A stretch of DNA of 64,000 nucleotides. Source: Gammaproteobacteria bacterium. GTDB taxonomy: Bacteria; Pseudomonadota; Gammaproteobacteria; CBDBNL01; JAAOII01. Of this stretch, positions 1-8,670 are shown in pieces. The stretch lies in the NCBI GenBank assembly GCA_965209035.1, contig OZ242372.1, forward strand, positions 1,120,001 through 1,184,000, given 5' to 3'. Every line of letters starts with the position of its first letter. The stretch's first letter is position 1. Under the pieces are notes generated by a model, which saw only the letters and a program-made list of their open reading frames with translations, was not told the DNA's origin and made no database searches. Made by a program: the position numbers and the translations under genes.

Positions 1-1
1 G

Positions 2-91
2 GATTATTACAATGAACAAGTTGAAGAGATGCGTAATAATAGAAAAATAAGAGAAATTTTTGAAGATAATGCATATTATTTTCTTAAATAG
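2..91 (+). CDS. 3' end of an AT-rich ORF entering from outside the window (DYYNEQVEEMRNNRKIREIFEDNAYYFLK*)
   Basis: Frame 2 is open from position 2 to TAG at 89-91; low GC; family not identifiable from 29 aa. Confidence 0.55.
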   Translation, partial: DYYNEQVEEMRNNRKIREIFEDNAYYFLK

Positions 92-94
92 CAC

Positions 95-615
95 TTTTTT
101 TAGTTAATCGTCTTATAATAGGCAGCGACTAGCAAAGATCTGGTACACAGATTTTATCTGTGTAGGAGTGAAGGCCACGCCCCCCGGTATGCAAATGCCG
201 GGGGCGTTTTTTTAATCCCTTTTTAATCCCCAATACAATTTCCGTTATAACGGAGAAAACACAAGACTTTGGGAAGTGTTTTTTAGTTAATCGTCTTATA
301 ATGGATAACGACCAGCCAAGATCTGAGGCACAGGTAAACTCTGTGTAGGAGAGACGGGCCCCGCCCCCCGACATGCAAATGTTGGGGGTGCTTTTTTAAA
401 CCCCCGATACAATCTCCGTTATAACGGAGAAAACACAAGATCTCGGGAAGTATTTTTTAGTTAATCGTCTTATAATAGGAAACGACTAGCAAAGATCTGA
501 GGCACAGATTTTATCTGTGTAGGAGTGAAGGCCACGCCCCCCGGTATGCAAATGCCGGGGGCGTTTTTTTAAACCCTTTTTAATCCCCAATACAATTTCC
601 GTTATAGCGGAGAAT
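95..615 (+). repeat. Three tandem ~175-183 bp units, each TATAAT + hairpin + GC hairpin/U-tract + palindrome (candidate sRNA array)
   Basis: TAGTTAATCGTCTTATAAT starts at 101, 284, 458; terminator-like hairpins at 178-213, 363-397, 535-570. Confidence 0.85.
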
Positions 616-733
616 ACGCGAGGCAGGTAATATCATAGATCCATCGGGTGCTGCAAATTGCCGAAGCCGAAAATGCATCCCCCGTTAATCCATTGAAAAT
701 CTTTTATGTTATTGCCTGCCTTTAAAGAAGCAC

Positions 734-1831
734 TCACTTTGGGCTATTGCAAGCGCGTTTCCAGGCGGCGATAGCCGTTGCGCGCTTGGGGAAGTCCAGG
801 TTATCACTCGGGCTGGCGACTATGCGTGCGCCCATCCAGGCGGCGAAGGACAGGCAGTCGGGCACACTCCAATCATTGAGCAGCGCGAAGATGTAGGCGG
901 CGGCAAAAGCATCGCCCGCACCGGTGGGGTCCGCGAGTCGTTTTGCCGAAAAAGCTTTTTGGTATAAAAATTGGGGGGCGTGCCGGCTCTCTGATTTTCC
1001 CGCTTTCTCTGCTTTATCCGCTTCCTTTTGCTTCCGGTGGCGAATGATCGGCTCGGCAGATGCTCGGCTGCTTTTTTGCTTTGCATGGTCTCGCGGGTCC
1101 TGTCTCGCCGAAGCATAGGCACCCTTTTCGCCCGCCTTCAAAATGACTGTCTTGATGCCGAGCCCGTGAAGTTCCGCCGCCAGTTTGCGCGGCGGGATGC
1201 TCTTCGTCTTTTCTGTCAAAAGAAGCGTCGCCTCGTCCATGCCACCAAAAAAGATGTCGCACTCTTTTAGATAAGGAAAAAGGGAACGGCGAATGTCGTC
1301 CCGGTCGCGAAAGAGTTTGGGACGGATGTTGGGGTCAAAGCCGATGATGGCACCCTGTTTCTTTGCCATTCGGATTGCCTCGTTTAAGGTTCGCCGATTT
1401 TGAGGACTCAGGGCGGGGAAGATGCCCGTATGGTGAAAGTAGTCTATGCCCGAGAATAGTCGCGGTTTTAATGCTTCCCGCCCCAACGCGGAGCCGGCTG
1501 TGCCGATTCTGTAATAGTGGGAACGCGGATTTCGGCGGGCGTCGTATTCTTTCATCATGACGGGTGTCGGCCGCTCGGTGCGGGTGACTCCGTCCAGGCA
1601 AACACCCGCCTTTTCCAGCCTGTCTTGCAGGGCGGTGCCGAGCGAGTCCCGGCCGAACTCGCCGATGAGAGATGCTTCCAAGCCCAAGGCCGCGCAGCCC
1701 GTCAAGAAGTTCATTTCGGCGCCGGCAAAATCCATTAGGAGTGTTGTTGCCGTGTCAAAAGTGCCGTAGTTACGCGGGCGGATGATCGCCATGCAGTCAC
1801 CTACGGACAGGACGCGCCGAACGGGGATCAT
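734..1831 (-). CDS. kdgK: PfkB-family sugar kinase, 2-keto-3-deoxygluconate kinase-like
   Basis: FAGAEMN, FDPNIRP, DPTGAGDAFAA PfkB motifs; in a cluster with KDPG aldolase; contains a charged low-complexity insertion. Confidence 0.8.
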   Translation of the reverse strand: MIPVRRVLSVGDCMAIIRPRNYGTFDTATTLLMDFAGAEMNFLTGCAALGLEASLIGEFGRDSLGTALQDRLEKAGVCLDGVTRTERPTPVMMKEYDARRNPRSHYYRIGTAGSALGREALKPRLFSGIDYFHHTGIFPALSPQNRRTLNEAIRMAKKQGAIIGFDPNIRPKLFRDRDDIRRSLFPYLKECDIFFGGMDEATLLLTEKTKSIPPRKLAAELHGLGIKTVILKAGEKGAYASARQDPRDHAKQKSSRASAEPIIRHRKQKEADKAEKAGKSESRHAPQFLYQKAFSAKRLADPTGAGDAFAAAYIFALLNDWSVPDCLSFAAWMGARIVASPSDNLDFPKRATAIAAWKRACNSPK

Positions 1832-2201
1832 GAGGTCATTGCCGACATGTGATTTTTATGCCGGAACAAATGCGGGCGGGCCGGCGTAACAGATTCAACA
1901 GGCGCGATCAAGAAGCCAGAAACGCAATGCGGGCATCTAATCATTGGGCAGTCGCCTACGGACAGAACGCACCGACGAATGATCACGCGCAACCGAACGC
2001 GGGGCACCGAACCAAGTACCGAACCAAGTATCGAATAATCCCCCAAAAGCCTGTGCTGCTCTCCGGCAAGCGCGCGGATGGACGCATGATCCGTGCGGCG
2101 GGGAGCATAGCGGGCGGCGGCGCATCCGCGGCCGGGGAGATGTCTGCAGGCGTCTGCGGGTTTCTGTGAGTGTCCGCGGATTTCACTTGGTGCGGGTCTG
2201 C

Positions 2202-3284
2202 TTAGCGGGATTGGCCGCGTGCGTCGATTGGGATGCGGGCAACGACTCGGTCGCCGTTCATCAAGAAGAAATGCGGGTGCAGATTAAAAGTGACGCAGAT
2301 GTGATTGGGGATCAAATGCACGCACTCGCCAACTTGCGGGGCGGGGCCGTCCGCGGGCAGGCGGACATAACCGTGTTCTTCGTTGAGGGCGTATATGCGC
2401 GCCTGCGGGTATTCCAAAATGACGCCAAAATCTTTGAAGCCGCCGGTTTCCGCGCTTAGGGTTTTGACGCCGGCATCTATGATTGCCCGGTCAGCGGTCG
2501 GACGGCTGACAACCGTCGTGCGGACCCGGACGGCCGCATCTTCCGGTTTGCAGACACCGGCGCGTGCCATCATCCGATCGTTAAAGATGTAGGTCCCGCT
2601 CCGGATTTCGGTCAGAATTTCCGCCTCGTGCTGTTGCAGCATATCCGGCGTATTGCCGCCGCTAATCCAATCGCATCTGAGATTTTTTCGGTCAAAACGC
2701 TCTTTGGCGGCGCGCAACCAGTCGGCAACCTTTTTTGTTTCGCCGGCCGGCGGATAAGTCATCAGGCCGCGCAGTTCCAGGCCGGGCAGTTGGTCAATGA
2801 TTTCCGCCAGGGCAACGGCAGCCGCCGGCGTTTGAACGCCGCAGCGTCCGAGTCCCGTATCGCATTCCACCAGAACCGCCGGGCTTTTATCGGAGCCGGC
2901 AAAGGTTTGGCTCAGCCCGCGAGCAACCTCCTCGCTGTCCGCCACGGTCGCCAAGCGACATTTGGCGGCAAGGGCTTTGAGACGGCTCAGTTTCCTTTCG
3001 CCGAGGATGTTGTAGGTGATCAGAATGTCCTCGCAGCCGGCGGCAACCATCACCTCCGCCTCGCCGACCTTCTGGCAGGTAATGCCGCCGGCACCGGCGG
3101 CGATCTGCCGGCGGGCAAGTTCGGACGACCTGTGGGTTTTGATGTGCGGGCGCAATCTCAAGCCGTGCTTATCGGCGTATCTCTGCAGGTTATTAATGTT
3201 TGCCATCACCCGCGCTTCGTCCGCCAGAAGGCAAGGCGTTTCCGGGTAAAGGTCCCGGGTGTCTTGGATATCTTGGGCGGGCAT
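2202..3284 (-). CDS. PLP-dependent D-threonine aldolase / DSD1-family enzyme
   Basis: LRPHIKTH PLP lysine motif, GRCGV, EIRSGTYIFND, EEHG, IPNHIC. Confidence 0.88.
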   Translation of the reverse strand: MPAQDIQDTRDLYPETPCLLADEARVMANINNLQRYADKHGLRLRPHIKTHRSSELARRQIAAGAGGITCQKVGEAEVMVAAGCEDILITYNILGERKLSRLKALAAKCRLATVADSEEVARGLSQTFAGSDKSPAVLVECDTGLGRCGVQTPAAAVALAEIIDQLPGLELRGLMTYPPAGETKKVADWLRAAKERFDRKNLRCDWISGGNTPDMLQQHEAEILTEIRSGTYIFNDRMMARAGVCKPEDAAVRVRTTVVSRPTADRAIIDAGVKTLSAETGGFKDFGVILEYPQARIYALNEEHGYVRLPADGPAPQVGECVHLIPNHICVTFNLHPHFFLMNGDRVVARIPIDARGQSR

Positions 3285-3286
3285 CT

Positions 3287-3907
3287 CTAAGCGACCGCTT
3301 TTAAGAAAGAAGAAAGTTTCTTGACAACAACGGCGGCGGTATCGCCCGGTTGATAAACGGCACCGCCCAGTGCCACCGCCAGGGCGCCGGCTTGCAGATA
3401 CTCTTTGACCAGAGACGGCGTTACGGAACCGGTGGCGATGATAGGGGTCGGCGGCAACAGGGGCATCAGTGATTTGAGATAGCCGCTGCCGACTTCGCCG
3501 GCCGGGAAGAATTTGAGGATCTGCGCGCCGGCATCCAGCGCGGCAAATGCCTCGGTGGCGGTGTGAAAGCCGGGAACGAACGGCAAGCCGATGGTGCGGG
3601 CGTGGCGAATGACTTCCGCGGAGACATTCGGGGCAAGGGCATAGGTGCCGCCCGCATCCAGACAGGCGGTGGCGTCTTTCCGATTAAGCACTGTGCCGCC
3701 GCCGACAAGAATTTCCCGCTTGCGGGAAAGAAGACGAATGCAGTGCGCCGCGTCCGGCGATGTAAAAGGAACTTCTATGCAGCGGATACCCGCTTTGACG
3801 AGATGGTCGGCAATTTCTTCCGCATCGCCCGGCGGGACGCCGCGCAAAATGACGATGAACGGCAGTTCTTTCAGGGCGGCTAAGAGTCGGGCTTGCATTG
3901 TTTGCAT
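3287..3907 (-). CDS. eda: KDPG/KHG aldolase
   Basis: ILRG, IEVPF, VGGGTVL, LKFFPA, ATGSV motifs. Confidence 0.88.
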   Translation of the reverse strand: MQTMQARLLAALKELPFIVILRGVPPGDAEEIADHLVKAGIRCIEVPFTSPDAAHCIRLLSRKREILVGGGTVLNRKDATACLDAGGTYALAPNVSAEVIRHARTIGLPFVPGFHTATEAFAALDAGAQILKFFPAGEVGSGYLKSLMPLLPPTPIIATGSVTPSLVKEYLQAGALAVALGGAVYQPGDTAAVVVKKLSSFLKAVA

Positions 3908-3926
3908 CTTTTAAAGCAAAGATTAG

Positions 3927-4193
3927 TTAAAGGTTTTCAAGCCCGGAGCGTCCCGGTGCCGCGGTGGCGTCTTTCCGATTAAGCACTGTGCCGCCGCCGA
4001 CAAGAATTTCCCGCTTGCGGGAAAGGAGGCGAATGCAATCCGCCGCGTCCGGCGATGTAAAAGGAACTTCTATGCAGCGGATACCCGCTTTGACGAGATG
4101 GTCGGCAATTTCTTCCGCATCGCCCGGCGGGACACCGCGCAAAATGGCAATGAACGGCAGTTCTTTCAGGGCGGCTAAGAGTCGGGCTTGCAT
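3927..4193 (-). pseudogene. Truncated eda N-terminal copy 1 (88 aa)
   Basis: Eda N-terminus then novel tail APGRSGLENL*; first ATG changed to ATA. Confidence 0.85.
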
Positions 4194-4221
4194 TGTTTGT
4201 ATCCTTTAAAGCAAAGATTAG

Positions 4222-4497
4222 TTAAAGGTTTTCAAGCCCGGAGCGTCCCGGTGCCGCGGTGGCGTCTTGCCGATTAAGCACTGTGCCGCCGCCGACAAGA
4301 ATTTCCCGCTTGCGGGAAAGAAGACGAATGCAGTGCGCCGCGTCCGGCGATGTAAAAGGAACTTCTATGCAACGGATACCCGCTTTGACGAGATGGTCGG
4401 CAATTTCTTCCGCATCGCCCGGCGGGACGCCGCGCAAAATGACGATGAACGGCAGTTCTTTCAGGGCGGCTAAGAGTCGGGCTTGCATTGTTTGCAT
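4222..4497 (-). pseudogene. Truncated eda N-terminal copy 2 (91 aa)
   Basis: Same as copy 1; lacks the catalytic Lys region (LKFFPA). Confidence 0.85.
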
Positions 4498-4516
4498 CTT
4501 TTAAAGCAAAGATTAG

Positions 4517-4792
4517 TTAAAGGTTTTCAAGCCCGGAGCGTCCCGGTGCCGCGGTGGCGTCTTGCCGATTAAGCACTGTGCCGCCGCCGACAAGAATTTC
4601 CCGCTTGCGGGAAAGAAGACGAATGCAGTGCGCCGCGTCCGGCGATGTAAAAGGAACTTCTATGCAACGGATACCCGCTTTGACGAGATGGTCGGCAATT
4701 TCTTCCGCATCGCCCGGCGGGACGCCGCGCAAAATGACGATGAACGGCAGTTCTTTCAGGGCGGCTAAGAGTCGGGCTTGCATTGTTTGCAT
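4517..4792 (-). pseudogene. Truncated eda N-terminal copy 3 (91 aa)
   Basis: Same translation as copy 2. Confidence 0.85.
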
Positions 4793-4918
4793 CTTTTAAA
4801 GCAAAGATTAGTTAAAGGTTTCAACTCCTAGTCTTGCCGGCACCGTTGCCTTTTCCCGACTTGCCGTCATCTGTCTGTAACTCTCTCGCTTCTTCGGACG
4901 GTGATTAGAGACGGAATA

Positions 4919-5305
4919 CTATGTTGCCTTTTTGTAGGCAATCACATCCATTTCTATTTTGGCGTCCACCACCAACTGCGACCGGACGGTGGAGCGCGCC
5001 GGCTGATGATCGCCGAAGCATTCGGCATAGACGCGGTTGAAGCTCCAAAAGTCGCGCGGGTCATCCAGCCAAACATTGACCTTGACCACATCTTGCAGAG
5101 TGCATCCCGCCATTTCCAGCACGGCGGTTATGTTTTCCATGGTGCGTCGCGTCTGGGCTTCAATGCCGCCGGGGACAATTTCGCCCTTCGCATCCATCGC
5201 CACCTGACCCGAGACATAGACAAAGTCGCCGGCACGCACGGCCGGCGAAAATGGCAGGGGCTGACCGCCTGCGCCGGTTTTTTTGTTTCCAATTTTTTCT
5301 ATCAT
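4919..5305 (-). CDS. RidA/YjgF family enamine-imine deaminase
   Basis: FSPAVRAGDFVYVSGQ, FNRVY, PARSTV, KIEMDVIA. Confidence 0.92.
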   Translation of the reverse strand: MIEKIGNKKTGAGGQPLPFSPAVRAGDFVYVSGQVAMDAKGEIVPGGIEAQTRRTMENITAVLEMAGCTLQDVVKVNVWLDDPRDFWSFNRVYAECFGDHQPARSTVRSQLVVDAKIEMDVIAYKKAT

Positions 5306-5544
5306 GTTGTTCTCCTTAATAATAGTAAGTTAAATAAAAATTGTTTGGCCTGTTTGGGCTATTTAGATCATGCCGCCGGCCGCCTTGCCGACGCGGGCGG
5401 CTTTGAGTGCGGCTTCGAATGCGGCTTTGAGTGCATTCCGCACCTCAGATCCCGCGCCTCGTATCCCGTATCTTGCCCGCGCGCCCCTTGCCACGCTTTT
5501 TGCCGAAACATCATTACAAACATTATGCGTCAAAAGATAAAAGA

Positions 5545-7038
5545 TCAAAAGTCCTTTTGGCATGCCAAAACATCCGACCAGCTGAGGTCGTCAATCGGCC
5601 AAAGGGGTCGGCGCAAATTTTTGTAGTTTGTTTTCTTGGGGTCGCTAGGGTAGCAGCCGCGCGCGCTGACATGCAAGATGTGCGGTGTTAACTTTGAAAA
5701 AGCGGCGTAAAAATGATTGGTGGATTTGACAACAAGAAGACGCTTTGCGGCAGGGTCTATGCCGAGATTGGAAAATACATCCGGCGAGTAGGTTTGTGTT
5801 CGGTGCGAACAAAGGATGACTTCTGTGCCGCCGACTTCCAGCACGACGGCTGTGCCAAGCGAGACCTTGCTTTCGCCGAACGACTGCCACGCGTCCGGTT
5901 GGATCTTTTTGATGAGAACCTGTGCCTTAACCGGCTCGCCGACAAGGTCGCAACTGTGCCCGCCGAATGCGAGCCGAATGCGGCTGCCTTCGCCGGCGGC
6001 GCGGCAGGTTTGCACCGCGCGCGGATCCCAGATGCTCGCCAAGGCGGCATCTTGGACGCCGTGTTCCAGCATCGCATGCAGTAAAAAGGTGGAATCGCCG
6101 GGGACGCCGCCGCCGGGGTTGTCCCACATGTCCGCCAGCACGGTCGGGGGGGAAGGGTTCGCGTCCGCCCGTTCCAGCCCTTCCGGCACGGACAGCACCG
6201 GCATCATCAGTTGCCCGCGCAAACTAAATAATTCTTCCCCCAGTTCGCGGGCGATGCGGTCGCCTTTGGCGCGGTTGTTGTCGGTCATCACCAGAATCTT
6301 GCATCCCACTTCCGGTACATCGGCCGCCATGAAGCCGTGGCAGACGGAAATACATAACAGGTCGCGGTGGGCGTCTTCTATTTTCTTCACCTTGTTGATG
6401 AAACTTTTCATCGGCTCGTGGCTGGTCGGCATGACTTCTACCATGCGGCAATCAAACACGGAAAAGACGGGGCGGATTTTGCCGTTGAGCAGGTCGGCCG
6501 CCAGCCGGGTGAGGTCACGCGCCCTTTCCAAAAAATCCGTGTGCGGAAATTCCTTGAAAGCAACAAACAAATTTAAGTGCTCCAGTTTGGCGCGTGTCAA
6601 ATGCAGATGCAAGTCAAACTCCGCCATGATCGGAATGTCCCCGCCGACAAGTGCGCGCAGACGCCGCAGGAGATCCCCTTCGCAGTCCTCGTAGCCGTCG
6701 GCAATCATCGCGCCGTGCAATCCTAACAGAATACCGTCCAGCGGCAGTGCATTTTTAACTTCGGCAAGAATGGTGTCGCGCAGTGTTTCATAGGCGTCTT
6801 TGGTAATCAGGCCGCCCGGTTCGGCCCAGTGGGCGGATCCTTCCGCCAGTTTCCAATCGCCCCGTTTGGCGTGTTCGCGCGCCGCCGTAAAAGGAGCGGA
6901 ACACAGAGTGGGATAGGACGGATGCGTGCCGGCCGGCGCCCAAAAGCCTTCGCGGAAACTTTGAATATCCGTGGGCAGGGGAGAAAATGTGTTGGTCTCG
7001 CTTGCCAAGGAGGCAACGAAGACATGCTTTTTGGTCAC
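5545..7038 (-). CDS. M81 (MlrC-like) metallopeptidase/amidohydrolase
   Basis: ETNTFSP, LHGAM, DLHLH, FPHTD, DNPGGG, VKSTNHF. Confidence 0.9.
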   Translation of the reverse strand: MTKKHVFVASLASETNTFSPLPTDIQSFREGFWAPAGTHPSYPTLCSAPFTAAREHAKRGDWKLAEGSAHWAEPGGLITKDAYETLRDTILAEVKNALPLDGILLGLHGAMIADGYEDCEGDLLRRLRALVGGDIPIMAEFDLHLHLTRAKLEHLNLFVAFKEFPHTDFLERARDLTRLAADLLNGKIRPVFSVFDCRMVEVMPTSHEPMKSFINKVKKIEDAHRDLLCISVCHGFMAADVPEVGCKILVMTDNNRAKGDRIARELGEELFSLRGQLMMPVLSVPEGLERADANPSPPTVLADMWDNPGGGVPGDSTFLLHAMLEHGVQDAALASIWDPRAVQTCRAAGEGSRIRLAFGGHSCDLVGEPVKAQVLIKKIQPDAWQSFGESKVSLGTAVVLEVGGTEVILCSHRTQTYSPDVFSNLGIDPAAKRLLVVKSTNHFYAAFSKLTPHILHVSARGCYPSDPKKTNYKNLRRPLWPIDDLSWSDVLACQKDF

Positions 7039-7049
7039 TCGGTTCGCTG

Positions 7050-7463
7050 TTACCGCTTGGGTATGTCGGGCTCAGGGAGAGGGGGGAAGATGGGACGGCC
7101 GATATTGTTAATGAATACCAAGTAACAGAATAGCAGGGCGGCGATGATCAGCGGGATTTCCACATCTCCTTTGCCGATGCCAAGCAGCCAATTGTAGATC
7201 GCAACATAGCCAAGATACACCAAGGCAATTGCAGCGACATACACGGCAAAAATGCGTCTTAGCCACACATGCAGAGAGAAAAAGCAATCAACGGACCAGA
7301 TGAAGAATGCCGGCGGGGTGAGTTCAAACAACAAGGCCGTCCAAAAGGGCGCATTGCCCAGGAGTGCGGCAAAAGTGATGAACAGCGAGAACCCAAAAAG
7401 CAGGATGCCGACCAGCCCCAAAATTTTCCGCCCAAGCGGCGATGTTATGGTAAGGGATGCCAT
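7050..7463 (-). CDS. Hypothetical membrane protein (about 4 TM)
   Basis: Four hydrophobic segments; tight spacing between YHS and M81 genes. Confidence 0.7.
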   Translation of the reverse strand: MASLTITSPLGRKILGLVGILLFGFSLFITFAALLGNAPFWTALLFELTPPAFFIWSVDCFFSLHVWLRRIFAVYVAAIALVYLGYVAIYNWLLGIGKGDVEIPLIIAALLFCYLVFINNIGRPIFPPLPEPDIPKR

Positions 7464-7473
7464 CTTTCGTTAA

Positions 7474-7941
7474 TTAGTGTCCAAGTTTTTCCCAGTTTTT
7501 GTTTGCCCGCTCGGTCAGAGCATCCGGATCCTTGGCGAACTTGTCGCGGCCGCTGCGGGCGTAAAACAGATGCAGTTTATTGTTGTGACGCACGAGATAC
7601 TGCTGTTGATCTGTGCGTACTTTTTTGCCCTTTGTCGCCATCGCATAGGAGCAATAGCCGCCGTATTGGGGAACATAGTCGCCGGGCGATTTCTTGAACT
7701 CGGCAAGATTATCGGCATTTTCAAAATACCAAACACTCCCTTCGTAAGAATGAGCGAACTCGGACTTGCCGCGCACCGCCCGGTTATCCGCAAGATAGGT
7801 GACGACATCGTAACCGCGAATAACAACACCCGAGCGATCCCGATACAAATGGTCATCGGCAAACGCTGGCGCGACGGAGCAAAGAATGCCAAGAGTGCCA
7901 AGCAACAACAGGGAAGTGAATAATTTTTTAGTGTGTTTCAT
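7474..7941 (-). CDS. Exported YHS-domain protein
   Basis: Signal peptide (APAFA), GYDVVTY, WYF, YVPQYGGYCSYAM. Confidence 0.85.
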   Translation of the reverse strand: MKHTKKLFTSLLLLGTLGILCSVAPAFADDHLYRDRSGVVIRGYDVVTYLADNRAVRGKSEFAHSYEGSVWYFENADNLAEFKKSPGDYVPQYGGYCSYAMATKGKKVRTDQQQYLVRHNNKLHLFYARSGRDKFAKDPDALTERANKNWEKLGH

Positions 7942-8082
7942 TTTTTAGTACCTCTTTTTTAGTAAATAGTGAAAGTTTTGGCAGGCCCCGGAGCAAGCGG
8001 GGATGCACTCCGTTTTTGAAAACAACAGCAAAGTTGGTCATATGACTATTATAACCTTTCCGGCTTCTTGATCTGAGGACTT

Positions 8083-8440
8083 TGTATGGTCCCACCCAGT
8101 TTCGGGCTTTTGTTGTTTTTGCAAAAATTGGATCGGCGAGAGTTGTTTGAGAGCATCGCGGAGATCTGCTAAATGATATCAACGCATCCCTCTCATTTCA
8201 AATCCGCAGGGCAGCCGCACCCGCACCCGTATAGCGCAACTGTGTCGTAAGCGAGAGTGCCGCGACAGATTTTGAACAACAGGCCGCCGGCCGTACCGCG
8301 GAGACCGGAATAGTTGGCAGTCCGGCTTACTCGCCTTATATTTTTATTCTTGCGGCAACTTGAACCCGGCACCCTCCTGTTTGCGGGTTCCTTAATAAAC
8401 GGACTTGTTTTTGCAAAAACCGGATCGGCGAGGGTTGTTG
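8083..8440 (-). mobile_element. Degenerate, internally deleted IS481-family remnant(s)
   Basis: TGTATGGTCCCACCCAGTTTCGGGCTTTTGTTGTTTTTGCAAAAA matches the IS right end at 62577; a second partial end at about 8400. Confidence 0.75.
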
Positions 8441-8670
8441 AGGGAAAAACGCGTATCAGCCGGCATAAAAGACCCGGGTGCCTGCCAATAGATTTCGAAT
8501 AACAGATGAAAGGCCGAGGCTAAGAAGTTGGGAGTTGGAAGTTGGGCGGGCAGTCGTCTTATTTGTCGTGTTCTGCCTTGCCCCGTCCTGTCTTGTCCTG
8601 TCTCGCCCCGCCCCGATCTGCCGGTCCGTTCCGGGGCTTCCCTCTTGCCGGCCTCTCTTGCCGGCCTCTC

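Larger units (their letters stand above)
3666..4822 (-). repeat. 295-bp tandem repeat: 5' part of eda plus upstream spacer, three extra copies
   Basis: Near-identical blocks ending at about 3935, 4230, 4525, 4820. Confidence 0.95.

Noticed and set aside
95-615. CsrB/RsmZ-like sRNA or known riboswitch
   Set aside because: Only one GGA per predicted transcript and no aptamer consensus that I recognise
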